Shown piece after piece: positions 26,366 to 33,866 of a stretch of 36,575 nucleotides of DNA (its first letter is position 1; every line of letters starts with the position of its first letter). Source of the stretch: an uncultured Bacteroidales bacterium (lineage in GTDB: Bacteria; Bacteroidota; Bacteroidia; Bacteroidales; ML635J-15); the NCBI GenBank assembly GCA_905233405.1, contig CAJOEG010000001.1, forward strand, positions 1-36,575, given 5' to 3'. The notes below the pieces were generated by a model. It saw nothing but the letters and a program-made list of their open reading frames with translations, did not search any database and had not been told where the DNA came from. Position numbers and translations under genes: made by a program.

Positions 26366-26951
26366 TTCCTTTAAATATTTTTAGGAACGGTATTCCAGCA
26401 GCTGCTGCCCCTGCACCATCAGTATCGTCTCTGTCGCCAACCATTATGCAGTTTTGCGGAGAGACATCCATTGTACGACATATTTCCAGAAAACCTTCCT
26501 TGCAAGGTTTTAGTCCGCCAAGCGATGGTGCATCGAAAAGATAATCAGCCCACTGGAGATTGAAGCCTATTGCATTTAATTTTTCTTCGACGAAACCATA
26601 GTCGGAAAAAACTGCAACCTTTATGCCTTTGGTTTTCAGATTTGCAATACATTCCTCTACCCACGGGGCAATATGATAATGCTTTTTTAGGATTTTTATG
26701 GTGTCGGGCATATAGGTTTCGTAAAACCATTCTTTTGCATTCTTACGCTTGAAATGACTAAAGAATGCTTCTTCGAATCGGTCTTTATCGCCGAAATATT
26801 TGCCTTTGAGCAGTTTCCTGACGCTACGCTCGCGTTTGAGCATAATTAGCTTCCCGTGCAGGATTTGACTTGCTACCAGTCGTAAAGGAAGATGGGACTT
26901 GTCGTACAAAGTCCCATCTAGGTCGAATATGACAGCTTTTATTTCTGCCAT
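26331..26951 (-). CDS. HAD-superfamily hydrolase (phosphatase-like).
   Basis: It has VIFDLDGTLYD (DxDGT), VAVFSDYG and VGDRDDTDGAGA. Its ATG overlaps the TAA of the upstream GH3 gene by 1 nt. Confidence 0.85.
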   Translation of the reverse strand: MAEIKAVIFDLDGTLYDKSHLPLRLVASQILHGKLIMLKRERSVRKLLKGKYFGDKDRFEEAFFSHFKRKNAKEWFYETYMPDTIKILKKHYHIAPWVEECIANLKTKGIKVAVFSDYGFVEEKLNAIGFNLQWADYLFDAPSLGGLKPCKEGFLEICRTMDVSPQNCIMVGDRDDTDGAGAAAAGIPFLKIFKGITPDLSTDFPL

Positions 26952-28648
26952 TATTTTACAAGTTTTTTGAACTTTTCGTGGCGTTTCTCGTCCTGCATGA
27001 GCAGATTGAGCTTGAATTGTCCGTCGCGTAATCCTTCAGCGATACATTGTGCCTTGAATGTTTCGAAGGAATTGAACTGCAGGCGGTGTGTCACAGGTTC
27101 TTTAACGCGTAGCGAATCGCGTTTTGTCTTATATTCTTGGTTGTATTCCTTCAGCAGTTCATCTACATGCTTTGTAAATAGTTCAGCCTTTTCCTGCGAG
27201 GTCTCCTGATCTGCAAATTCCCAGTAGAAGCGGTATGCGGAGATGTCGAGGTCGGCAAATCCAACGAAGAATTTTAATGACATGTTTAGTTCTTTTTCGA
27301 CTTGTCCTACTGCCTCTATGAACTGTCTTTCGTGCAGTTTTTCGCCTGTCATTGAAACAATGCCGTTAACTTTCTGTATCAGGTGGATAGATGGCGTGTT
27401 CCAGTAGCGCGGACCGACTTCCACCATGTCGTTCATATTGTATCGATACAATCCTGCAAAGGTAGTTACATAGGTGACATATCGCTTGCCCTCTTCCAAT
27501 TCATGCATCTGCACGAAACGTTTTTCGTTGTCTGGCTTGCTGATGTCCTCGGCTGGCACGAATTCGTAGTAGTGCATGTGCGGGCAAAGTACGGTGTTGG
27601 AGGTATCGTCAATCACGAGACCGAACCTGCATTCTGTGGAATAATATGAAAATTCCTGATGGAAATACTGGCTGGAAAACGAGTCCTTGAACTTGTCGAT
27701 ATAAACCTTTGTGTTGCCGCAGCGCCATGTGGTGAGCAGTTGGAAATCGGGCCAGTAATGTTTTGGCAGCACTATGCCGTATTTTGCTTTTAAGCTGCGA
27801 AGTTCAGCTGCGCGTTCGGGGTTGGGCTTCATGAAAGGCTTGAAACTCTCGCGAATGTCGTCAGGAATGTTCAAGTTCGCGTTTAGTGTTCCATTTTCAA
27901 TGTCCTCAACATATTGGTCGAAGTACTCGTTTACATTGTTCTGCATCTCGACTATAGTGGATGGGTTGGCCGTGATGATTAGCGTGGTGTTGTGCTCAAT
28001 GCCGAAACGCATAATGGTATAGTAGCGAGCCGTGTAATCTTCAATGGCATAAACCGAAAATGGATATGGCGACAGGTCTTTCATCCACTGCGGGCATTTC
28101 TTTTGCGCAAAGCCGGATATTGATCCGCATACTGTGCCATCTGGTGCATATCCTTCAACGGCCTTTCCTACGATACTGACAAGTTTGCCAGCGAAAACCT
28201 TGCGTCTGTTACGTATCATCGTGTAGAGCCATGCAAGGTTCATCTTTCCGTATATATCGCCCAGATAGCGTTGGGTAATCGGTATCCATTTGGGTTCCTT
28301 CGTTGTGCCTGAAGTTGTGGCGTACAATGCTGGCTTTCCAGGGAAAAGAACATCGGGTTCTCCGTTTTTGTGCCGTTCGATTAGCGGGCGAAGGTCTTCG
28401 TATTCGTTTGGTTTGACATTCTGTTGGTAACAACTGTAGAGTTCTGTATCATCTTTTGCTTCAAGAATTTCTGCAAAATGATGTTCTTTCCCGTAAACGG
28501 AGTCTTTGGCGAAATCTAGTATTTCACGCAAAGTTTGTTCCTGACGCTTGCGCGGCTGTTTTGCCGCTCTTTTGAATGATTTGTATTGCAAGCCCCCAGC
28601 GATTCCGATGAGGAAGTTTGGGACAAAGGGAGTTTTAAGTTTTTCCAT
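26951..28648 (-). CDS. GH3-family acyl-acid amido synthetase-like protein (adenylate-forming), paralog 2.
   Basis: The 565-aa protein has YATTSGTTKEPKWIPIT and GLYRYNMNDMVEV, both typical GH3/JAR1-family motifs. By eye it is about two-thirds identical to the upstream paralog. Confidence 0.85.
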   Translation of the reverse strand: MEKLKTPFVPNFLIGIAGGLQYKSFKRAAKQPRKRQEQTLREILDFAKDSVYGKEHHFAEILEAKDDTELYSCYQQNVKPNEYEDLRPLIERHKNGEPDVLFPGKPALYATTSGTTKEPKWIPITQRYLGDIYGKMNLAWLYTMIRNRRKVFAGKLVSIVGKAVEGYAPDGTVCGSISGFAQKKCPQWMKDLSPYPFSVYAIEDYTARYYTIMRFGIEHNTTLIITANPSTIVEMQNNVNEYFDQYVEDIENGTLNANLNIPDDIRESFKPFMKPNPERAAELRSLKAKYGIVLPKHYWPDFQLLTTWRCGNTKVYIDKFKDSFSSQYFHQEFSYYSTECRFGLVIDDTSNTVLCPHMHYYEFVPAEDISKPDNEKRFVQMHELEEGKRYVTYVTTFAGLYRYNMNDMVEVGPRYWNTPSIHLIQKVNGIVSMTGEKLHERQFIEAVGQVEKELNMSLKFFVGFADLDISAYRFYWEFADQETSQEKAELFTKHVDELLKEYNQEYKTKRDSLRVKEPVTHRLQFNSFETFKAQCIAEGLRDGQFKLNLLMQDEKRHEKFKKLVK

Positions 28649-28657
28649 ATTATGTTG

Positions 28658-30355
28658 TTATTTTGTGCTTATCACAAGTTTGTTGAACTTTTCTTGACGC
28701 TTTTCGTCTTGCAAAAGCAGGTTGAGCTTGAACTGTCCGTCGCGAGCACCTTCCTTGATGCATTCTTCCTTGAAATGCTCGAACGACTCGAACTGCAAGC
28801 GGTAGGTTACTGCGTCTTTCAGCCTCAGCGATTCGCGTTTTGCCTTGTATTCCATGTTGCTGTCCTTGAGGGCTGCATCAACGGCTTCAGTGAACTTTTC
28901 GGCTTGTTCCTGTGTTGTTTCCTGGTCGGCGAACTCATAGTAGAAGTTGTATCGCGATTCGGGCAGTTCGGCAAAGCCAATGAAGAAACGTGTTTTCATG
29001 CCTGTAGTATCTTCAGCCTTGTGTACTGCTTCAATAAACTGACGTTCATATAGTTTTTCACCAGTCATTGTAACGATACCGTGAGTCTTTTGTATCATGT
29101 GAACGGTAGGCGTGTTCTTGAAGTTCGGACCAACTTCGAGCAAATCGTTCATATTGTAGCGGTACAAGCCTGCAAATGTACTAACATACGGGCAGTATCT
29201 CTGACCTTCAACAAGTTCGTGCAATTGGTAGAAAGTAGGATTTGGTGAATCCATGTCTTCTTCCTTGACGAACTCGTAGTAGTGCATATGTGGGAACATA
29301 ACGCTGTTGAGAGTGTCGTCCATAACTAGTCCGAAGCGGCATTCCGAAGCGAAATAGCCAAATTCCTGATGTAGCATTCCTTTTGGGAACGAATCCTTGA
29401 ACTTGTCGAGGTAAACCTTGGTATTTCCGCACTTCCATGTGTTTAGAATCTGCAGATTTGGCCAGTAGTGCTTTGGTAGAACATTGCCATATTTTGCCTT
29501 TAATGCACGAAGTTCGGCTGCGCGTTTGGGATTCGGCTTGAGGCAAGCTTCCAGTTCCTTGCGGATTTCCGGGTCGATGTTGAGGTCGGCTTTTAGCGTA
29601 CCGTGTTCAATATCGTTTACATATTCGTCGTAGTAGCGGTTGACATTGTTCTGCAATTCGACTATGGTTGATGGGTTTGCGGTGACGATTAGGGTAATGT
29701 CCTGCTCTATGCCCATGCGCATAAGCACATAGTAGCGTGCCGTGTAGTCGGCGATGCTGTAAACGCACTGCGGGTTGCTATAGAGTTTCTTCACGAAGCC
29801 TGGGCAGTCACGCTGCGTAACACCGCTAACCGAACCATATACTGTGCCGTCGGGTGCGTATCCTTCGATTACCTTGCCAACGATTGAAAGTATCTTTCCT
29901 GCAAATACTTTGTGGCGGTTCTGGATGAAATTGTAGAGCCATACCTTGGTCATTTTGCCGTAGATGGTTTTCAGGTAACGTTCGGTTATTGGAATCCATT
30001 TCGGTTCGGCAGTAGAACCGGAAGTGGTTGCATAAAGAACTGGTTTGCCAGGGAAAAGAATGTCGGTTTCTCCATGTTTGTGGCGTTCAACGTATGGACG
30101 CAAATCCTCATATTCGTTGGGTTTTACTTGTTCGCGGTAGCGTTTATAAAGTTCAGTGTCGTTAGTTGCTTCAAGTATATACTCGAACTTGTGTTCCTTA
30201 CCGTAAACAGTATCCTTTGCGTAAGTAAGAATTTCGCGTAGAGTATTTTCACTAGCTTTGCGTGGATTCTTTGTCGCTTTCAAAAGTGCGCGATACTGAA
30301 TACCTCCAGCCATTCCCAATAGCAGGTTCGGTACGATCATGTTACTCGTTTTCAT
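28658..30355 (-). CDS. GH3-family acyl-acid amido synthetase-like protein, paralog 1.
   Basis: The 565-aa protein has YATTSGSTAEPKWIPIT and GLYRYNMNDLLEV. It has the same length as, and is collinear with, 26951-28648. Confidence 0.85.
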   Translation of the reverse strand: MKTSNMIVPNLLLGMAGGIQYRALLKATKNPRKASENTLREILTYAKDTVYGKEHKFEYILEATNDTELYKRYREQVKPNEYEDLRPYVERHKHGETDILFPGKPVLYATTSGSTAEPKWIPITERYLKTIYGKMTKVWLYNFIQNRHKVFAGKILSIVGKVIEGYAPDGTVYGSVSGVTQRDCPGFVKKLYSNPQCVYSIADYTARYYVLMRMGIEQDITLIVTANPSTIVELQNNVNRYYDEYVNDIEHGTLKADLNIDPEIRKELEACLKPNPKRAAELRALKAKYGNVLPKHYWPNLQILNTWKCGNTKVYLDKFKDSFPKGMLHQEFGYFASECRFGLVMDDTLNSVMFPHMHYYEFVKEEDMDSPNPTFYQLHELVEGQRYCPYVSTFAGLYRYNMNDLLEVGPNFKNTPTVHMIQKTHGIVTMTGEKLYERQFIEAVHKAEDTTGMKTRFFIGFAELPESRYNFYYEFADQETTQEQAEKFTEAVDAALKDSNMEYKAKRESLRLKDAVTYRLQFESFEHFKEECIKEGARDGQFKLNLLLQDEKRQEKFNKLVISTK

Positions 30356-30379
30356 TTTATCTTTAATAATTTAAAACGG

Positions 30380-30387
30380 CAAAGGTA
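30380..30387 (-). promoter_or_regulatory. Candidate -7 promoter box (TACCTTTG) for the GH3-GH3-HAD operon.
   Basis: Matches TAnnTTTG on the minus strand, 24 nt upstream of the ATG at 30355. Confidence 0.45.
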
Positions 30388-30455
30388 TATAAAAACTTTG
30401 ACTGTAATCGTTTCCGCTACTGTTAAAGAATTAGATAAATTAAGAGGAGTCTTAA

Positions 30456-31676
30456 TTATGAGACTTTTATCTTGTCGCCAGGCTTAATCTTTCTATACTT
30501 GGTGAAGTGGTTTATCTGAAGCAGTTTTTTGTATTTTATCTTGTGCTTTTTTGCGATTTTCTTTAAAGTATCGCCTTGCTTGACAATGTAGATGCCTTTT
30601 CCTGACGATGTTATAGGTTTTACGGTTGCTGAGTTTTGCTTGGCTGAGGAAGAGTTTGCAGGTTTTGTACTTGCAATAGGTTTGGCAGTGTTTGCTGTAG
30701 AAACAGGTTTTTTCGTCGTTGCTGGTTTCGACGACGAACCAGTATTGCTTGATGGTGTTGTTGGTTTTGCTGTGCTTGAAGAATTGCTGTTGTTCGATGA
30801 ATTTGTTCCGCTATTTGATGCGATGGGTGCGCTTCCTTTTTGTCTTGGAGTACGCGCCTGTATCTTAGCAAGTTCTGATGCTGTAATGTAAATCGACGGA
30901 CCTTTGCCTTCCGACCAATATCTGGGATAATCGTGATTGTTTACAAAGTCGATGCTTGTGTCGAATCTGCGGTTGGTTCGGCTGTGTTTGAAAAGCCATT
31001 CGTAGAGGCTGTGAATTTGGAAATAATTTATGAGGCTATGTCCGCCAGATTCCAAACGACTGTATTTCAATAGGTTTGTGCTTCCGCATGCTTTCATGGC
31101 CTCTACAACTCTGTCGGAACAAGCGACATCGGTTGTTTCGTCGTCAGCGGCGTGTATTATCCAGGTTGGCACTTTGTTGAGTCCGCAGGGAGACTTTGCA
31201 TCGCAACCTCCGCAGATGCCTACGCAGGCGGCAACTTCGTCGGGATATTTGTTGACATAGTTGAGCGTACCCCAGCCGCCCATGCTCATACCTATTACAT
31301 AAAACTTATCGTGGTCGAATGCATAATGAGCCTTCAGAAATTCGTAAACCTTGTGCAGTTTCACCGAACCCCAGCCTTCGCCTCCTTTTGCGTTCGGCTC
31401 CACGACCAGAGCTGGCTGTCCTTTCAGAATATCGAATTCCTTTTTTATTGATTCTATTGTGCCGTACCTGTATCCGTCAAGTCCTATGCTCATGCTTCGT
31501 CCGTGCAGGAACATTACCACAGGCATGTCGGTGCTGTTGACGGGGTCGTAGCCGGCAGGTTCGTAAATGGCAAAGTTGTACATGTCCGACATTAGATCGT
31601 TGAAGTATTCGATTTTCTGAGCCTTTGCAAGGAATGTGACAAGTGTCAGCGAAATAATAGTCAATAATCGTCTCAT
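30456..31676 (-). CDS. Secreted alpha/beta-hydrolase (esterase) with a Ser/Thr/Asn-rich linker and a C-terminal LysM domain.
   Basis: The signal peptide is MRRLLTIISLTLVTFLAKAQ. The nucleophile elbow is GMSMGG, with HAADDE / GGHS also present. The low-complexity linker begins SNSGTNSSNNSNSSSTAKPTT.... The LysM domain is YIVKQGDTLKKIAKKHKIKYKKLLQINHF...KPGDKIKV. Confidence 0.85.
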   Translation of the reverse strand: MRRLLTIISLTLVTFLAKAQKIEYFNDLMSDMYNFAIYEPAGYDPVNSTDMPVVMFLHGRSMSIGLDGYRYGTIESIKKEFDILKGQPALVVEPNAKGGEGWGSVKLHKVYEFLKAHYAFDHDKFYVIGMSMGGWGTLNYVNKYPDEVAACVGICGGCDAKSPCGLNKVPTWIIHAADDETTDVACSDRVVEAMKACGSTNLLKYSRLESGGHSLINYFQIHSLYEWLFKHSRTNRRFDTSIDFVNNHDYPRYWSEGKGPSIYITASELAKIQARTPRQKGSAPIASNSGTNSSNNSNSSSTAKPTTPSSNTGSSSKPATTKKPVSTANTAKPIASTKPANSSSAKQNSATVKPITSSGKGIYIVKQGDTLKKIAKKHKIKYKKLLQINHFTKYRKIKPGDKIKVS

Positions 31677-31758
31677 ATTAGTTTGTTGTTGAGTCGTGGC
31701 GTGCCGCGACCTTGATGTTTTTAATAGTTTATATTGTTTTTTATATTGTTTGATGGTG

Positions 31759-31766
31759 CAAAATTA
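31759..31766 (-). promoter_or_regulatory. Candidate -7 box (TAATTTTG) upstream of the esterase-LysM gene.
   Basis: Matches TAnnTTTG on the minus strand. It is 83 nt upstream of the ATG at 31676, an unusually long leader that contains an 18-nt GC palindrome. Confidence 0.3.
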
Positions 31767-31768
31767 AT

Positions 31769-31805
31769 AAAAAAATGATGCAGATTCTTAGTCTGCATCA
31801 TTTTG
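31769..31805 (-). terminator. Rho-independent (bidirectional-type) terminator after the His/Ser-rich protein gene.
   Basis: There is a perfect 10-bp stem atgatgcaga / tctgcatcat (31775-31784 and 31792-31801) with a 7-nt loop. It is flanked by A7 (31769-31775, a U-tract on the minus strand) and TTTT (31801-31804). It lies 26 nt past the stop. Confidence 0.75.
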
Positions 31806-31830
31806 TTGTCATGAAATGCTATGTCAAATG

Positions 31831-33378
31831 TTATCTGCGGGAAGATGAATGGCTTGATGAGCTGTGGCTGCTGCCACTCGACCTGCTCGAAGATGAACTT
31901 GAGTGTGAGCTTGGAGAACTTGAGCGTGAACTGCTGTGATAGCTACTGCTTGAAGAGCTAGGGCGTGAGCTTGACGAACTGCTGTGGTAGCTGCTCGACG
32001 AACTTGGACGCGAACTGCTCGAAGAACTTACCCTTGAACTGCTGCTCGACGAATTCGTGCGCGACGAACTTGAGGAGTTGTAGCTAGGCTTTGAGCTGCT
32101 TGAAGAGTTTACTCTTGAACTGCTGCTCGATGAGCTTGGGCGTGATGAGCTTGATGAATTGTAGCTGTTGCTTGGCTTCGACGAGCTTGAGGAGTTAACC
32201 CTTGAGCTGCTGTTCGATGAGCTTGGGCGTGAGCTTGAAGAGTTGTAGTTGTTGCTTGGTTTCGATGAGCTTGAGGAGTTTACCCTTGAGCTGTTATTGT
32301 TGTATGAAGGAGTTTTGTTTGCGTCGTTGCTAACCCTTGAGTTGCTATTGTTTGCAGGCTTTCTGCTTGCATCGTTGCTAACCCTTGAGGCATTGTTGTT
32401 GCTTGCAGGTGTTCTGCCTGCATTGTCGTTTGCAACCCTCGTGCTGCTATTGCTTGCAGGCGTTCTGCTCGCATTGTCGTTGGCAATCCTCGTGTTGCTA
32501 TTGCTTACAGGTGTTCTGCTTGCATTGTCGTTGGCAATCCTTGAGCCACCATTGTTGGCAGGAGTTTTACCTGTGTTACTGTTAGCAGCCCTTCCGTTGT
32601 TAGCTGGAGTTTTGGTTTCGCTGCTTCCTGCAATTCTTGGATTGTCGGTTCTGACATTCCTGTGGTGGTCGCTTATATTATTGTGTTCAGGATGTCTGTC
32701 GTTGAAGCTGCTGTGAGGATGCGAGTTGCCATATCCATTGTGTACATCCCTGTGGCTGTTGTATCCGTTATGCGGAGCTTCTGGATGCCTGTAGCTGCAG
32801 TGATGGTGGTGATGATATTCAACTATATGGTGGTGGTACTCATGGTGTGGTCTATGGTACCAGTGGCGCCAATACGTTGGGTAGTATCCCCAGTAGTATG
32901 GCGAGTGCCAGTAGTGCCATAAAGGATCCCAGAACCAGTTGTATATCACTGGACGATAGATGTAAACAGGCTCTACGATGTAGTTGCGTCCGTAGATGTA
33001 TTCGTTACCGATTACTTGAACTGTAATGTTTTTGGTTTCAACATCTTTTTTTACATAAATCGTAGCAATGTCTTGGTAGATGTCGGCTGCAAGAACTGCT
33101 TGTATCACTATGTAGTGGTCGCCGTTTTCTACCGTTTCAACGCACCTAAGGTAATCAATTTCTCCGTCGCCGTTGAGGTCGAGGTTTGAAATTGATATCG
33201 ATTCGTCGTTGAGTTTTTTCTCGAAGTCTTCAATGTCTTTTGAGTCTCCGAACAGTGAGGCAGCTGCTTTGAGGTCGAAATCGTCAGCTATTTCTTCGCT
33301 TGCTGCCGTTACCGTTTGTGCCACCGATGCTATACTCATCCCGAGTACCAGACATCCTAATATGATAAACCGTCTCAT
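31831..33378 (-). CDS. Secreted low-complexity protein: signal peptide, EF-hand-like DxNxDG loop, Trp/Tyr/His-rich segment, N/S/T/R 17-aa tandem repeats, and an extreme poly-Ser tail.
   Basis: The 515-aa ORF contains MRRFIILGCLVLGMSIASVAQ, then NLDLNGDGEIDY, then WHYWHSPYYWGYYPTYWRHWYHRPHHEYHHHIVEYHHHHHCSYRH, then RIANDNASRTPxSNSxT repeats, and ends ...SSSSSRPSSSSSSYHSSS.... Confidence 0.8.
   Translation of the reverse strand: MRRFIILGCLVLGMSIASVAQTVTAASEEIADDFDLKAAASLFGDSKDIEDFEKKLNDESISISNLDLNGDGEIDYLRCVETVENGDHYIVIQAVLAADIYQDIATIYVKKDVETKNITVQVIGNEYIYGRNYIVEPVYIYRPVIYNWFWDPLWHYWHSPYYWGYYPTYWRHWYHRPHHEYHHHIVEYHHHHHCSYRHPEAPHNGYNSHRDVHNGYGNSHPHSSFNDRHPEHNNISDHHRNVRTDNPRIAGSSETKTPANNGRAANSNTGKTPANNGGSRIANDNASRTPVSNSNTRIANDNASRTPASNSSTRVANDNAGRTPASNNNASRVSNDASRKPANNSNSRVSNDANKTPSYNNNSSRVNSSSSSKPSNNYNSSSSRPSSSNSSSRVNSSSSSKPSNSYNSSSSSRPSSSSSSSRVNSSSSSKPSYNSSSSSRTNSSSSSSRVSSSSSSRPSSSSSYHSSSSSSRPSSSSSSYHSSSRSSSPSSHSSSSSSRSSGSSHSSSSHSSSRR
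31840..32640 (-). repeat. In-frame tandem repeats inside the His/Ser-rich gene: about 51-nt units in the upstream part and about 80-90-nt Ser-rich units in the downstream part.
   Basis: The peptide units RIANDNASRTPVSNSNT / RIANDNASRTPASNSST / RVANDNAGRTPASNNNAS and SRVNSSSSSKPSN(N/S)YNSSSS(S)RPSSS recur. The corresponding DNA motifs (gagctgctgttcgatgagcttgggcgtga...) also recur. Confidence 0.8.
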
Positions 33379-33427
33379 AGCTTTAAATTTTTAATTCGTT
33401 CAGTTCGTAAAGTTATAAAAATTATGC

Positions 33428-33435
33428 CAAAGATA
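33428..33435 (-). promoter_or_regulatory. Candidate -7 box (TATCTTTG) for the His/Ser-rich protein gene.
   Basis: Matches TAnnTTTG on the minus strand, 50 nt upstream of the ATG at 33378. Confidence 0.35.
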
Positions 33436-33866
33436 GCCAACCTTTTGTCACAACAGGCACTTTAAATAATGTTTAACATCTTGGCAAAACTTTTTTAAGA
33501 ATTAATCAATCTGAAATTATTGAATGGGAGATTATTCAAATCAGTACAACACAATAATTCCAAAAGCAGAAAGTTTGCTTTGCTACGTGAATTATGTTTA
33601 TTAGCTATATGTTTAAAAGGTTTTGTTAAAAATTCTTATAATTCTCGAAATGGCAGGATGAAGTTATAATTTGCAATATTTGTAAACTAAAGATTTTACA
33701 AAACATAATTGTACTTATGAGTCAAAGATGAATAGTTGTTTTTGTCGTATAATTATTTGTTTCCTATTTCGTGTATATGTAGCATGTAATATAATTTTAC
33801 CATAAAACTTGAAAACATACGACAAAAAATCACTAACTTGCCAAGTTATTTTTAAATTGAAATTTT

